Part shown: one piece after another, positions 29,154 through 38,420 of the stretch
Numbering within the stretch: position 1 is the stretch's first letter
Layout of the letters: each line of letters opens with the position of its first letter
Assembly: GCA_049472315.1 (NCBI GenBank)
Contig: JBLIRN010000022.1
Coordinates: 1-46,549, forward strand
Direction: 5' to 3'
DNA: 46,549 nucleotides
DNA from: a bacterium
GTDB taxonomy: Bacteria; SZUA-182; DTGQ01; JAFGSM01
Translations under genes and position numbers: made by a program
Notes under the pieces: model-generated
What the model was told of the DNA's origin: nothing
Database searches by the model: none
What the model saw: the letters and a program-made list of their open reading frames with translations, nothing else

Positions 29154-29651
29154 CTATTCGATCCTTCTGAACATCCCTCCCTTTGCCCCGCACACCGGGC
29201 AGGAATCAGGGGCCTTCCTCTCGGCGGTATACCCGCACACCGGACAAATATAGTAGGGAAATTCTTCCTGGTTTTCCCCGAGCGTATCCAGAAGGCCTTG
29301 ATAAAGCCCGGCGTGCACCTTCTCCACCTCAAAGGCGTACTGGAATGTTCTTTCCGCCTCCTTGTTTCCCTCGGCCTTTGCCGCTGCGATCATCCGCGGA
29401 TACATACTGGAAAATTCGTGGGTCTCTCCGGCGATGGCCTCCTTGAGGTTTCCCTTGGTGTCCCCGATCCCCTTGCGCGCCTTTAGGTGGTTGAACGCGT
29501 GGATCGTCTCCGCATCAGCCGCCGCCTTGAAGAGCCTTGCTGCCTGGGTGTACCCTTCCTTTTGTGCCTTTTCAGCGAAGGCCAGATACCTTCGATTGGC
29601 CTGTGATTCGCCGGCGAACGCCTCCTTGAGGTATTCCTCCGTCTTGGACAT
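29154..29651 (-). CDS. rbr: Rubrerythrin
   Basis: AFAGESQANRRY, ETIHA, GETHE, EKVH and the rubredoxin-like CPVCG...CPVCG. Confidence 0.95.
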   Translation of the reverse strand: MSKTEEYLKEAFAGESQANRRYLAFAEKAQKEGYTQAARLFKAAADAETIHAFNHLKARKGIGDTKGNLKEAIAGETHEFSSMYPRMIAAAKAEGNKEAERTFQYAFEVEKVHAGLYQGLLDTLGENQEEFPYYICPVCGYTAERKAPDSCPVCGAKGGMFRRIE

Positions 29652-29754
29652 GCATTTCCCTCCCCTTGTTTTTCATGTTCGATATGAGGTTTGTCAGGTA
29701 TCGCTCTCCCTATCTTAACCATGAATCCCGGCTGCTGCAAGGGGGGTGGCCGAT

Positions 29755-31110
29755 TCAACCCGGGGAGATTGAAAAATCCCTCCGTGCGTAGGCATCCGCA
29801 TCGAATTTTCTCATGAGTCCCTTTGCATTCATATACCTGACGCTGCCGAAGATCTTCCGCTCTTGCCAAGGCCTGTCGTGTTTTCCGAGACACCATGCCA
29901 CCCCGGCATATCCACTCGGGTCCCTTCCGTCGAGCTCGTATTTGTTGTTCAGGTAAACGGCCCGGTCAAAGGCCTCATCAGGGCTTCCACACCATTCAAG
30001 TATCTTTTTTCCCCAGTACATCCGCATATATCCGTGCATCTTCCCTGTGATCGTCATCTCCCGCTGGGCGGCGTTCCAGTAAGGGTCGTGAGTCCTTGCC
30101 GCCTCCAGCTCATCCAGGGTATAGGTGTACTCCCGCGGATCGTTCGCATGCCTCAGCAGTGTCATCTGCGCCCATTCGGGGAGCCCCTTGAAGGATGGGT
30201 AGCGATCGTTATACCGGACATAGTTGATGGCGAGCTCCCTCCTGATAATGAGCTCCTCCAGATAGGCCTCCCGTCCCGGGCCTTTGGCTTCGCGCACCTT
30301 GAGGGCGATATAAAGTGGGGATATCTGCCCGAAGTGCAGGTAAGGGCTCATCTGGGAAAGATAATCAACCGTGGGGTCATTCCTCAGATCGTGAAACCGG
30401 TCCAGCTTGGTGGCAATGAACTCGTCGAGGCGCCGTTGTGCCTCCCGTGTGCCGCCGTGGAAGGTATGCACCCTGGCCACGCTGTGATCAACATCGAGGC
30501 CGGCGAGCACAGCGTCAATGTCGGTGAGGTGGATGGACTCGACCTGCAGATCGAGCGAACCCCGCTTGGGGTCCTGTTCCTCCACGGGAAGGAGGAAGGA
30601 TCCGAGGTATTTGGTGATCTTGGGCCGTATGGTGGATGCGGCATACTCCTCCTTTGGGGAGGCGACCTCCACGGGGACCACCACGTTTGATTCCACCTGA
30701 ATGAAGGGACAGGTGACCCGATCCGCCACGTACCTTCGCCACTCCCGCTGGATCTTCAGGTACCCCCGGTCGCACACGACCAGGGATGCCCCCTTTGCCA
30801 GTTCCACGGCACCCTGCTCGGGAGAGATGTGCCGGATGACCATCATTATCCCCCGTTCCCTGAGGGATGCCTGCACCTCCCTGAGCCCCTCCAGCATGAA
30901 GGAGTAGTGCCGCTCGTTTGCATCGGGAAACCGGGGGGTGATCCCGAAGAAGACCAGCAGAGGCAGTCGCAGATCATTGGCCTGCCCTATGGCAAATGCA
31001 AGGGCATGATTTTGCTCGGCCCTTTGGGATGCCTGCATCCAGTAGAGCACATACTGGCCCTTGCGCACCCTCTGGGGATTCAGGTGCCGGACCCTTTCCT
31101 CATGGATCAT
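29755..31110 (-). CDS. phr: Class II deoxyribodipyrimidine photolyase
   Basis: YVLYWMQASQR, SPYLHFGQIS, MHGYMRMYWGKKILEW, LNNKYELDGRDP. AGGAGG SD precedes ATG 31110. Confidence 0.93.
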   Translation of the reverse strand: MIHEERVRHLNPQRVRKGQYVLYWMQASQRAEQNHALAFAIGQANDLRLPLLVFFGITPRFPDANERHYSFMLEGLREVQASLRERGIMMVIRHISPEQGAVELAKGASLVVCDRGYLKIQREWRRYVADRVTCPFIQVESNVVVPVEVASPKEEYAASTIRPKITKYLGSFLLPVEEQDPKRGSLDLQVESIHLTDIDAVLAGLDVDHSVARVHTFHGGTREAQRRLDEFIATKLDRFHDLRNDPTVDYLSQMSPYLHFGQISPLYIALKVREAKGPGREAYLEELIIRRELAINYVRYNDRYPSFKGLPEWAQMTLLRHANDPREYTYTLDELEAARTHDPYWNAAQREMTITGKMHGYMRMYWGKKILEWCGSPDEAFDRAVYLNNKYELDGRDPSGYAGVAWCLGKHDRPWQERKIFGSVRYMNAKGLMRKFDADAYARRDFSISPG

Positions 31111-31280
31111 GTTTTCCTCCTGCATCGGATGCCGCTCGGGGGATCCTCCCTTTGCCAAAAATTATCCGTAATGCCATCGTGAGGATGTTTAATCTCTGCG
31201 GGTTTGATTCTCCGTCACTCGGGGCTAATCAAAAAAAATTGCCTTAATGTGCGAAAGCTTTTCGCTTCGCATCGAGTGTA

Positions 31281-32168
31281 TCAGATGATCCCGCACCCGT
31301 GCAAAAAGGAGGAGATGCCGCGCCAGAAGACGTCCCAGTCCGGCGGGCAGTCATTGTGGTTGCATTCGTAAGTGACCATGGTGGCGTCCTTGGCAGCGCG
31401 GTACAGGGAAATCCCGTGGCGATAGGGAACAATGGTGTCGCTGTTTCCGTGGATGATCAGGATGGGGCCGTTATAAGAAGATACCACGGAGAGGTTGTCG
31501 AACTCATCCCTCACCAGGAAGCCGGGGGCGAGGAATCGCCTGGCGAATGATCGCGCGCTGGTGAAGGCGGACATGAGGATGAGGGCCGCGGAGGGCCTTT
31601 TAGCGGCAAGCGCGCACACCGCCCCGCCCCCCAATGAGCGGCCGAGGAGGACGATTCTGGATGCATCGACATCCGGGCGCGCAGTAAGGGCATCGTAGGC
31701 CGCGATGAAGGTGTCCGTGATACTCTTCTGGTCGGGCACCCCTTGGGAGCGGCCGTACCCCGGATACTCCACGAGCAGGAGGCCGAGTCCCATACGGGTC
31801 AATTGATCGAGCGTCTGTGGCCAGAAGTCGATGAGTTCGGCATTGCCGTGGGCGAAAATCACTGCGGGTGCGGGTGTGCCGGGGCTTCCTTCGGCAGGCG
31901 GCAGATACCACGCCTCCACTTCTCCATGACGGGTTTGCAGCCAGATCGTATCGATCCCTGCCCGTCCCTTTTCTGTGTCTGTCGGTTGCGGGATCATGTA
32001 GCGGGGGTACATGATATGTCGCTGCAGGAAAAACAGGGTGCAGCAGTAGACAAGGTAGAAGATGGATATGACGATCGCGATGTTCAAAATCGCACTCAAC
32101 AGGCGGCCTTTCCTTTTTGTTGGCGGTGTATGCCCGGTCTTCCTTTTTCGTGAGCGGATGTGCATCAA
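31281..32168 (-). CDS. Membrane-anchored alpha/beta hydrolase (ABHD13/Bem46-like)
   Basis: N-terminal TM, FAHGNAE, EYPGYGRS, GRSLGG nucleophile elbow, IHGNSD, HND. Confidence 0.88.
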   Translation of the reverse strand: MMHIRSRKRKTGHTPPTKRKGRLLSAILNIAIVISIFYLVYCCTLFFLQRHIMYPRYMIPQPTDTEKGRAGIDTIWLQTRHGEVEAWYLPPAEGSPGTPAPAVIFAHGNAELIDFWPQTLDQLTRMGLGLLLVEYPGYGRSQGVPDQKSITDTFIAAYDALTARPDVDASRIVLLGRSLGGGAVCALAAKRPSAALILMSAFTSARSFARRFLAPGFLVRDEFDNLSVVSSYNGPILIIHGNSDTIVPYRHGISLYRAAKDATMVTYECNHNDCPPDWDVFWRGISSFLHGCGII

Positions 32169-32881
32169 ATCAAGAGGACATCCACCAGGAGAAGCTCTGT
32201 TTCCGCGTCCGCCTTTATATTAAGATCGAACTCCTCGTATATTCGGGCAGCGGCAAGGGGGGGGAGGTGGTGGCCGTTTACCCGCACCGCGCCTCCCTCC
32301 AGGACATACAGGTATACCCCATGCTGCTTCCCGATCCGGTGACGCACCATCTTTTCCGGCTCAAGAAAGGAGGAATACACCTGGGCAAAGGAGAGTATCG
32401 GAAGGGCGCCCTCGTGTTCGTTGGATACGAGGGGAAACAGTTGATTCGTGCGCTCCGACCGCTCGACAATCTTCTGCTGAACCGAAGGATCGTGGCCCGG
32501 CTCGGAGGGGAAGAACCACATCTGAATAAACCGCATAGGGATGTCCTGACGGTTATTGATCTCCGCGTGATGCATGCCCCTGCCCACCGTGGTATGTTGC
32601 ACCCCTCCCTTGGTGAGTATTCCGCCCTTTCCATGTTCATCCTCATGGCGGAACTCCCCCTCCACGCAGTACGTGACCACCTCGATCTCTCGATGGGGGT
32701 GAAGGGGCCATACGGCGCCGGGGGAGAGGGTGTCGTCGTTGAATACGCGCAGCGTGCCGAAGTAAACATTTTCAGGATCGCGGTACTCGCCGAAGGAGAA
32801 GTGCCATCGCCCGGAAAAGGTGCCGTTTTTGATGTCACCCTTGGTCTGATATATCTCCTCAGGCATTCGTATGTGGATCAT
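32165..32881 (-). CDS. Pirin family protein
   Basis: HFSFGEY, LRVFNDD, HPHREIE, GMHHAE, FIQMW. Likely start ATG 32881. Confidence 0.9.
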   Translation of the reverse strand: MIHIRMPEEIYQTKGDIKNGTFSGRWHFSFGEYRDPENVYFGTLRVFNDDTLSPGAVWPLHPHREIEVVTYCVEGEFRHEDEHGKGGILTKGGVQHTTVGRGMHHAEINNRQDIPMRFIQMWFFPSEPGHDPSVQQKIVERSERTNQLFPLVSNEHEGALPILSFAQVYSSFLEPEKMVRHRIGKQHGVYLYVLEGGAVRVNGHHLPPLAAARIYEEFDLNIKADAETELLLVDVLLI

Positions 32882-32921
32882 GGTCACACTATCCTGAAGG
32901 TTATGACGCGGTAATGGAAAA

Positions 32922-34145
32922 CTAAACCAGGACCTCTTCCTGTTCCACGGGCAGCAGGCATTCCGTTGAAGATCCCAGACTTGCCAGCAGCGTTCGGGCG
33001 CGTTCAAGTTTCCTCTCCAGGTCCGTATCCGAATGATCGGGGTCCTGGTGAAAGAGGTAGAGCCTTCGAACCCCGGCGTCGTGGGCGAGTTTTGCCACCT
33101 GGCTTACGCAGGAATGCCCCCAGTTGACCTTCTTCGTGTATTCCTCGTCAAAATAGGTGGCGTCATGGATCAGAATGTCGGCATCCTTGATAAAATCGAT
33201 CAATTGTTCACGCACGCTCTCAATATAATATTCCGAGTCAGGAAGATAAAGCTCGTTGTCGGTGACGTAGCAGAATGATCGTCCCTTATGGTCCACCCGA
33301 TAGCCCAGACAGTTGCCGGGGTGGGTGAGCATCTTCGTCCTCACCTTGATCCCGTCGATGGTATAGGAACCCTCCCTCAAGTCCTTGTATTGCACGTGGG
33401 CCGCGAATTCCTTGACCCCCACCGGGAAGTAGACCCCGTACATCTGATCGGACACGATCTTGCTCATGGTGTAGTCGTCGCTCTGATAGGGGCCGAGCAC
33501 CGTGATCTCGTTCCCCGGGACGAAGAGTGGAGCGAAAAAGGGGAAGGCGTTGATGTGGTCCCAGTGGGGATGAGAGATGAATATGTTCACCTTGATGCGC
33601 GAATGCCCCGATTTCATAAGGAGATTGGAGAATTCCCTGATCCCTGTGCCCGAATCGAAGACAAACCATCTATTCTGGGAAAACTGCAGCGTCACGCACG
33701 GGGTGTTGCCGCCGTACTTTATGGATCGCTGCCCGGTCACCGGGAGAGTTCCCCTGGTTCCCCAGAACTTCATGCTTATGGAGATGATGGAGTTGAACGC
33801 ATCCAGGAATTTCTCCTTGTTGAAGGGCTTGGTGATATACCCGTCGGCCCCGAAGGAGAGCGCCCGCTCCTTGTCGAAATTGTATGCCTTGAGCGACACG
33901 ATGATAATGTACACATCGTCGAGTTCCCTGTTTGTCCGTATCTTTCTGCACAGCTCAAGCCCGTCCATACCCGGCAGCATGATATCGAGCAGGATGCAGG
34001 TCGGCCTGTACCGCAGGATTTCGTCGTAGGCATCCTCTGCCGAGGTGCTTGATCTGATCTCCCACCCCAGTGACTTGAGGATGTGTTCCTCAAGTTTCAG
34101 CACTGGCAGGTCGTCTTCGACGATGTAAATCCTTTTTGCGTCCAT
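32922..34145 (-). CDS. Response regulator receiver fused to an MBL-fold metallohydrolase
   Basis: REC domain (IVEDD, LLDIMLP, ITKPF), then WGTRGT, YGGNTPC, DSGTG, SHPHWDH, YVTDNE, WGHS. Confidence 0.9.
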   Translation of the reverse strand: MDAKRIYIVEDDLPVLKLEEHILKSLGWEIRSSTSAEDAYDEILRYRPTCILLDIMLPGMDGLELCRKIRTNRELDDVYIIIVSLKAYNFDKERALSFGADGYITKPFNKEKFLDAFNSIISISMKFWGTRGTLPVTGQRSIKYGGNTPCVTLQFSQNRWFVFDSGTGIREFSNLLMKSGHSRIKVNIFISHPHWDHINAFPFFAPLFVPGNEITVLGPYQSDDYTMSKIVSDQMYGVYFPVGVKEFAAHVQYKDLREGSYTIDGIKVRTKMLTHPGNCLGYRVDHKGRSFCYVTDNELYLPDSEYYIESVREQLIDFIKDADILIHDATYFDEEYTKKVNWGHSCVSQVAKLAHDAGVRRLYLFHQDPDHSDTDLERKLERARTLLASLGSSTECLLPVEQEEVLV

Positions 34146-34492
34146 GGCTCACTCTGTCCGAAAGACCGGTCGCAGTTTCCGGACCCTATGGTCAGGGGAG
34201 GGGCACCTTGCAGCCGCCCCGGACCAGGGCCCTTCAGCGAAAGCATCGTTCGGTTGGATATGTTCCTCTCCAGCGGGTAACTACCTATGGAAGAAGAACA
34301 TCAGATTATTATTAACTATAAATATATCAGAGAGATCAAAAAAATAGCAAGCCCTGTATATTTATCGACATATTTGAATGCCTATACCTGTATTCGATAT
34401 GGTTTCCCCACCCAGTATCGTCCCTGATGCCGCCGGCTGGGGCTGTGTGGTCGACGCCTTACGATCTCAAAGGCCATGTCCATCTTGAAAAA

Positions 34493-35941
34493 TCAACCCC
34501 CATCACCCTCTCTCATCGGGGTATCCGGGAGCCTTTCCAGAAGATCGATGAATCGTTCATATCGTTCGGAAAGGGATCGATTCTCCCTGGGGGTGAAATG
34601 ACGCCCCCGCCCCGGCATCGGCCAGCGTTGGGGAGCCCCAGCGGCAAGCCAGGCCGTTCCTCGGGCGGTGGCCTCTGTCTCCGCAGGCCGATACACGGGC
34701 CTGCCGGTGAGATCGGCAAGGCGGCCGCACATCCCGTCCAGCCGCGCAAGCCCCCCGCTTATCCGGATGCTGTGGATCTCCATCCCTGCCTTCTCCATGG
34801 CATCGATATTCACCCGGAGGAGAAACAGGATGCTCTCCGCCACTGCCACCATTCCTTGCCATGGCTCGCCATTCCCCACCAGTGAAGGCTCCGGCCCTGG
34901 TCGCCACCAGGGGGAGCCGAGCCCTCCGATGGTGTTGATGAACACTGGATGCGCTCCCTCCCGTGCAAGCCAGCCGGGGAGGTGCCGGATGTGGTCCTTC
35001 AGGCCCCACTGCCGGTAGGCCCATTCCATGGCTGCCCCTGCTCCGTTGACCGTTCCCTCCAGGGTATATTCCTCGCCGCATTCGTCGCTTCGCGCGAGCC
35101 CTGCCAGAAGCGTGGGGTGAGCCACCGGGTTCTCACCGGTCAGGAGGAGCAGGAATGCACCGGTGCCGATGTTCACAATGGCGGTGGTGCGCCCCGGGCT
35201 CCCCAGGCAGTAAATGGCCGAGGTCTGGTCCCCGTTTACCACGGAAAGGGGTATGTCCGTGTCCTTGAGAATGCCGTATGTATGGCATATGGGGCGGCAT
35301 TGGGGAAGTCGGCCGGGGGGGATGCCGAACAGATCGAGCAGCCAGGGATCCCAGTCTCGCGTATGGATGTTCCACAGTTGGGTGCGGGATGCATTGGCAT
35401 GGTCCACCAGCAGTGGACTCCCCTGAAGCAGGTGGTGGAGGAGATAGCTCGCCAATGGGCCGAAGGCCAGGTACCCTTCCCGGTGTGCCCGCTTCACTGC
35501 CGGGATGTGTTCGAGGCACCAGCGCAGCTTGCTTGCCCCGTAGTGCGGGGAGAGGGGCAATCCGGTGCACTGCTTTATCCGTCCGGCATACGGCCGAAGT
35601 GCGTCAAGCTGGGCCGCTGCGCGCCGGTCCTGCCAGCTCAGGACCGGGCAGAGTGGCTCACCGCTTCGTTTGTCCCATGCGATCACGCTCGAGCGCTGGG
35701 TGGCCAATCCCGCAGTGACGATTCCCCGGCTACGCACCGTTTCATCGGCACGTATTGCGGTGATGACCTGCCGCACGGATGCCAGGATCTGCCGAGGATC
35801 CTGCTCGACCATGGCGGGTCCCTGCCGGGTGAGGGTAACCGCCTGATAGGCTGTGGTTTGTGCCCTCCCCGATTCGTCGATCGCCAGGGCACGCGTGCCC
35901 TGGGTGCCCTGGTCAATTGCCAGGTAAAGGGGGGCGTGCAT
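34493..35941 (-). CDS. FGGY-family carbohydrate kinase (glycerol kinase-like)
   Basis: AIDQGTQGTRA, ATQRSS, WQDRR, NASRTQL, GDQ, GTGAF, LEG, GLGSPWW, ISGG. Confidence 0.88.
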   Translation of the reverse strand: MHAPLYLAIDQGTQGTRALAIDESGRAQTTAYQAVTLTRQGPAMVEQDPRQILASVRQVITAIRADETVRSRGIVTAGLATQRSSVIAWDKRSGEPLCPVLSWQDRRAAAQLDALRPYAGRIKQCTGLPLSPHYGASKLRWCLEHIPAVKRAHREGYLAFGPLASYLLHHLLQGSPLLVDHANASRTQLWNIHTRDWDPWLLDLFGIPPGRLPQCRPICHTYGILKDTDIPLSVVNGDQTSAIYCLGSPGRTTAIVNIGTGAFLLLLTGENPVAHPTLLAGLARSDECGEEYTLEGTVNGAGAAMEWAYRQWGLKDHIRHLPGWLAREGAHPVFINTIGGLGSPWWRPGPEPSLVGNGEPWQGMVAVAESILFLLRVNIDAMEKAGMEIHSIRISGGLARLDGMCGRLADLTGRPVYRPAETEATARGTAWLAAGAPQRWPMPGRGRHFTPRENRSLSERYERFIDLLERLPDTPMREGDGG

Positions 35942-36593
35942 CCTTGTCCCCCTCCTTCATGCCCTGGTCGATGGCATCATGTATAATCTGCGCGATGTCA
36001 ACGGCATATTCCCTGTTTTCAATGGCTGCCTGGTCGGCCGCGTTCTGCATTTCGCCGAGGACCGCCTGCAGTTCCGCAGTGGTGATGGAGGATTTGAGCC
36101 TCCGGTTTTCATTATCCCCCTGTTCGGAGATCATATCCATGATGGAATCAAAGGTCTCCTGGGAGATCCGGTCCTCGACCACACCATGGACGAAACGGGT
36201 GAGGGTGATGTGGGCGGCATCCTTTTCGGCATCCGGGAGCACGGAGGACCTTACGTACTGCGCCTCGAATCCCCGGACCAGGATGGCACCCACCAGCGAT
36301 TTGTTGTCAAGTGCCTCAGCCACCCGCTTCCCCTGGGCAAGGCTCACCTCGCCGTCACGGATATCCTGGGTGAATGTGCGGATGGCGGCCATCGCCTCAC
36401 CCCGTTCAGCCTGAGGCAGCTCGAGCTGTATGAAGACCGCCTCGGTGGAGACCTCGATCATCCGTGCAATGAGATCAGGGGCCTTTTTTTTGATGGTCTT
36501 GACCGCGAAATACCCGCCGGCGATAAGGGCTACGATACACAACGAAACGCAACACAACAAGAGCTTGAGCCAGGTGTTTCCTCGCTCCGACAT
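35913..36593 (-). CDS. Hypothetical single-pass membrane protein
   Basis: N-terminal TM helix, GGAGG-like SD and coding-like composition. No family recognised. Confidence 0.7.
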   Translation of the reverse strand: MSERGNTWLKLLLCCVSLCIVALIAGGYFAVKTIKKKAPDLIARMIEVSTEAVFIQLELPQAERGEAMAAIRTFTQDIRDGEVSLAQGKRVAEALDNKSLVGAILVRGFEAQYVRSSVLPDAEKDAAHITLTRFVHGVVEDRISQETFDSIMDMISEQGDNENRRLKSSITTAELQAVLGEMQNAADQAAIENREYAVDIAQIIHDAIDQGMKEGDKDARPPLPGN

Positions 36594-36677
36594 ATCCGCC
36601 TCCTTTCGTGTGAGGGCCTCCGGCGGGTTCTCAAAAGACCCCTTCGTGCCGTTCCCGCTTCCCTCCGTTTCCCCCTG

Positions 36678-37895
36678 TTAGAGGATGGGATTCCTGAGCA
36701 GGTCCTTCACCGAAACGAATCCCACCTGCCTCTCCTCGTCGGTGATGAGGAGGTGCCGGATGTGGTGGTTTGCCATGGTGCGGTAGATTTCGTATATCGG
36801 CCTCTTGATGTCCATGGAGATGACCGGGCTGCTCATCACCTCCTCCACCTTCACTGAGGAGGGATTCTTGTCGAACGCCACCACCTTGTAGACCACGTCC
36901 TCCTCGCTCAGGATTCCGACGGCTCGTGCGGCGTCACCCACCAGGACGCTGCTCGATGCCTGCCGTTTCATAACCTGGACGGCATCGGCAACGGAGGTGC
37001 CCAGCTTTACGATCGGGGGACCGCTTGTCATGCAGCGCCTCACCGGCTCCGCTGCGGATCGGCGCAGGTATACAAACCAGTAAATGCCCGAAACGAAGAG
37101 ACTGCCCCCGATGATATTGCCGATGGTGACCGGAAGCAGGTTGCGGATGAAGAAACCCGACATGGTCAATCCGGAGAGGTTGATGCCCGTTCCCTGCGCA
37201 GCCGCGAGTGCCGGCTGGCTGTGCTTCAGCAGGAGACCTGCAGGGATGAAGTACATGTTGGCCACGGAGTGTTCGAAACCGAGCGCAACGAATGCGGTGA
37301 TGGGGAAAAGGATGGAGAGGATCTTGTCGGTCACGGAACGTCCGCTGAAGCAGAGCCATACCGCCAGGCAGACCAGCATGTTGCAGAGGATGCCCCGGGA
37401 GATCGCCTGGGTGATCGTCAGGTTCACCTTCCCGTTGGCGATCATGAGCGTTTTAATCCCCACCGCGGCTCCCGCCGCATTCCACTGCCCGGTCAGGTAA
37501 ATCAGAAATACGATGGCCAAAGATCCCACCAGGTTCCCTATGAACACGATGGACCAGTTGCGCAGCAACTGCTCCAGGGTGATCTTTCCGCTCACGTACG
37601 CCATGACGATGAGGTTGTTTCCCGTAAACAGCTCCGCCCCCGCCACGATGACCAGAACGAGGCCGAGGCAGAATACAACCCCTCCGATGAGTTTAGTCAA
37701 CCCCATGCACAAGGTGGAGTCATGAATGACATAGATGTAGAGTACGCAGCCCAAGGCGATGAACACCCCTGCCATCACCCCAAGGACAAAGGTGGAGAAA
37801 AAATCGAGGTTTCCCTTCGTGATTCCGGCCTTTTCCACACGAGCGGCCATTTGTGAGGGTGCATAGGCATCGAAATCGATATGTTCCGTGCTCAT
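36678..37895 (-). CDS. Formate/nitrite transporter (FocA-like) fused to a C-terminal CBS pair
   Basis: AELFTGN, CNMLVCLAVW, GFEHSVANM, TIGNIIGG, followed by CBS motifs VGILSEED, VEEVMSSP, IRHLLI, VGFVSVKDLL. Confidence 0.92.
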   Translation of the reverse strand: MSTEHIDFDAYAPSQMAARVEKAGITKGNLDFFSTFVLGVMAGVFIALGCVLYIYVIHDSTLCMGLTKLIGGVVFCLGLVLVIVAGAELFTGNNLIVMAYVSGKITLEQLLRNWSIVFIGNLVGSLAIVFLIYLTGQWNAAGAAVGIKTLMIANGKVNLTITQAISRGILCNMLVCLAVWLCFSGRSVTDKILSILFPITAFVALGFEHSVANMYFIPAGLLLKHSQPALAAAQGTGINLSGLTMSGFFIRNLLPVTIGNIIGGSLFVSGIYWFVYLRRSAAEPVRRCMTSGPPIVKLGTSVADAVQVMKRQASSSVLVGDAARAVGILSEEDVVYKVVAFDKNPSSVKVEEVMSSPVISMDIKRPIYEIYRTMANHHIRHLLITDEERQVGFVSVKDLLRNPIL

Positions 37896-38235
37896 CCTCC
37901 TTCTCCTTTCTTACTCCCCTGATGGTTGCTTCGTATTACGACGATTGCCTGCAGCAAAAATCCCGTCCCCGAATCCTCATGCAGCCTGCTGCAGGCCCCC
38001 CATTTTTCCTCTTTCTGCATCCGGGGCCGTGCAATCGCGAATCCGTCCTTGATCGCAGGCGTATCTCCTCACTGCAGCGTGCAAAATACACCTATTATTC
38101 GACAAAATCCCCGGCGTACATCCGTACGTTCATCAGGGGCCAGAAACGGGAGGTCGGGAAGAAAGGATATGCGAGAGAAGTAAAGGGCAGGGGTCAGTAA
38201 CGGGTTGACAATTATTCCATTTTCCAGAAGAAAAT

Positions 38236-38265
38236 TTGACATAAAACCGATTAAATAGGTATAAT
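38236..38265 (+). promoter_or_regulatory. Consensus sigma70 promoter TTGACA-N18-TATAAT flanked by TTCnnGAA palindromes
   Basis: TTGACA 38236-38241 and TATAAT 38260-38265; TTCCAGAA 38222-38229 and TTCTGGAA 38268-38275. Confidence 0.7.
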
Positions 38266-38291
38266 ATTTCTGGAACCTAAAAAAAGGAGAA

Positions 38292-38420
38292 ATGAGCCAT
38301 TTCCTAACAGAGAACATACCGGATCATTCGGCAAAGCAAGTTCCATTGCGGCAAAAGAAGACAACTAGTTATACGCCAAAGCCCATAGAGGCCAATGGAG
38401 GCAATTATGAGCATCGGTGA
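38292..38420 (+). CDS. Putative 42-aa upstream/leader peptide
   Basis: AAGGAG SD then ATG 38292: MSHFLTENIPDHSAKQVPLRQKKTTSYTPKPIEANGGNYEHR. Its stop overlaps the start of the XRE gene. Confidence 0.35.
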   Translation: MSHFLTENIPDHSAKQVPLRQKKTTSYTPKPIEANGGNYEHR

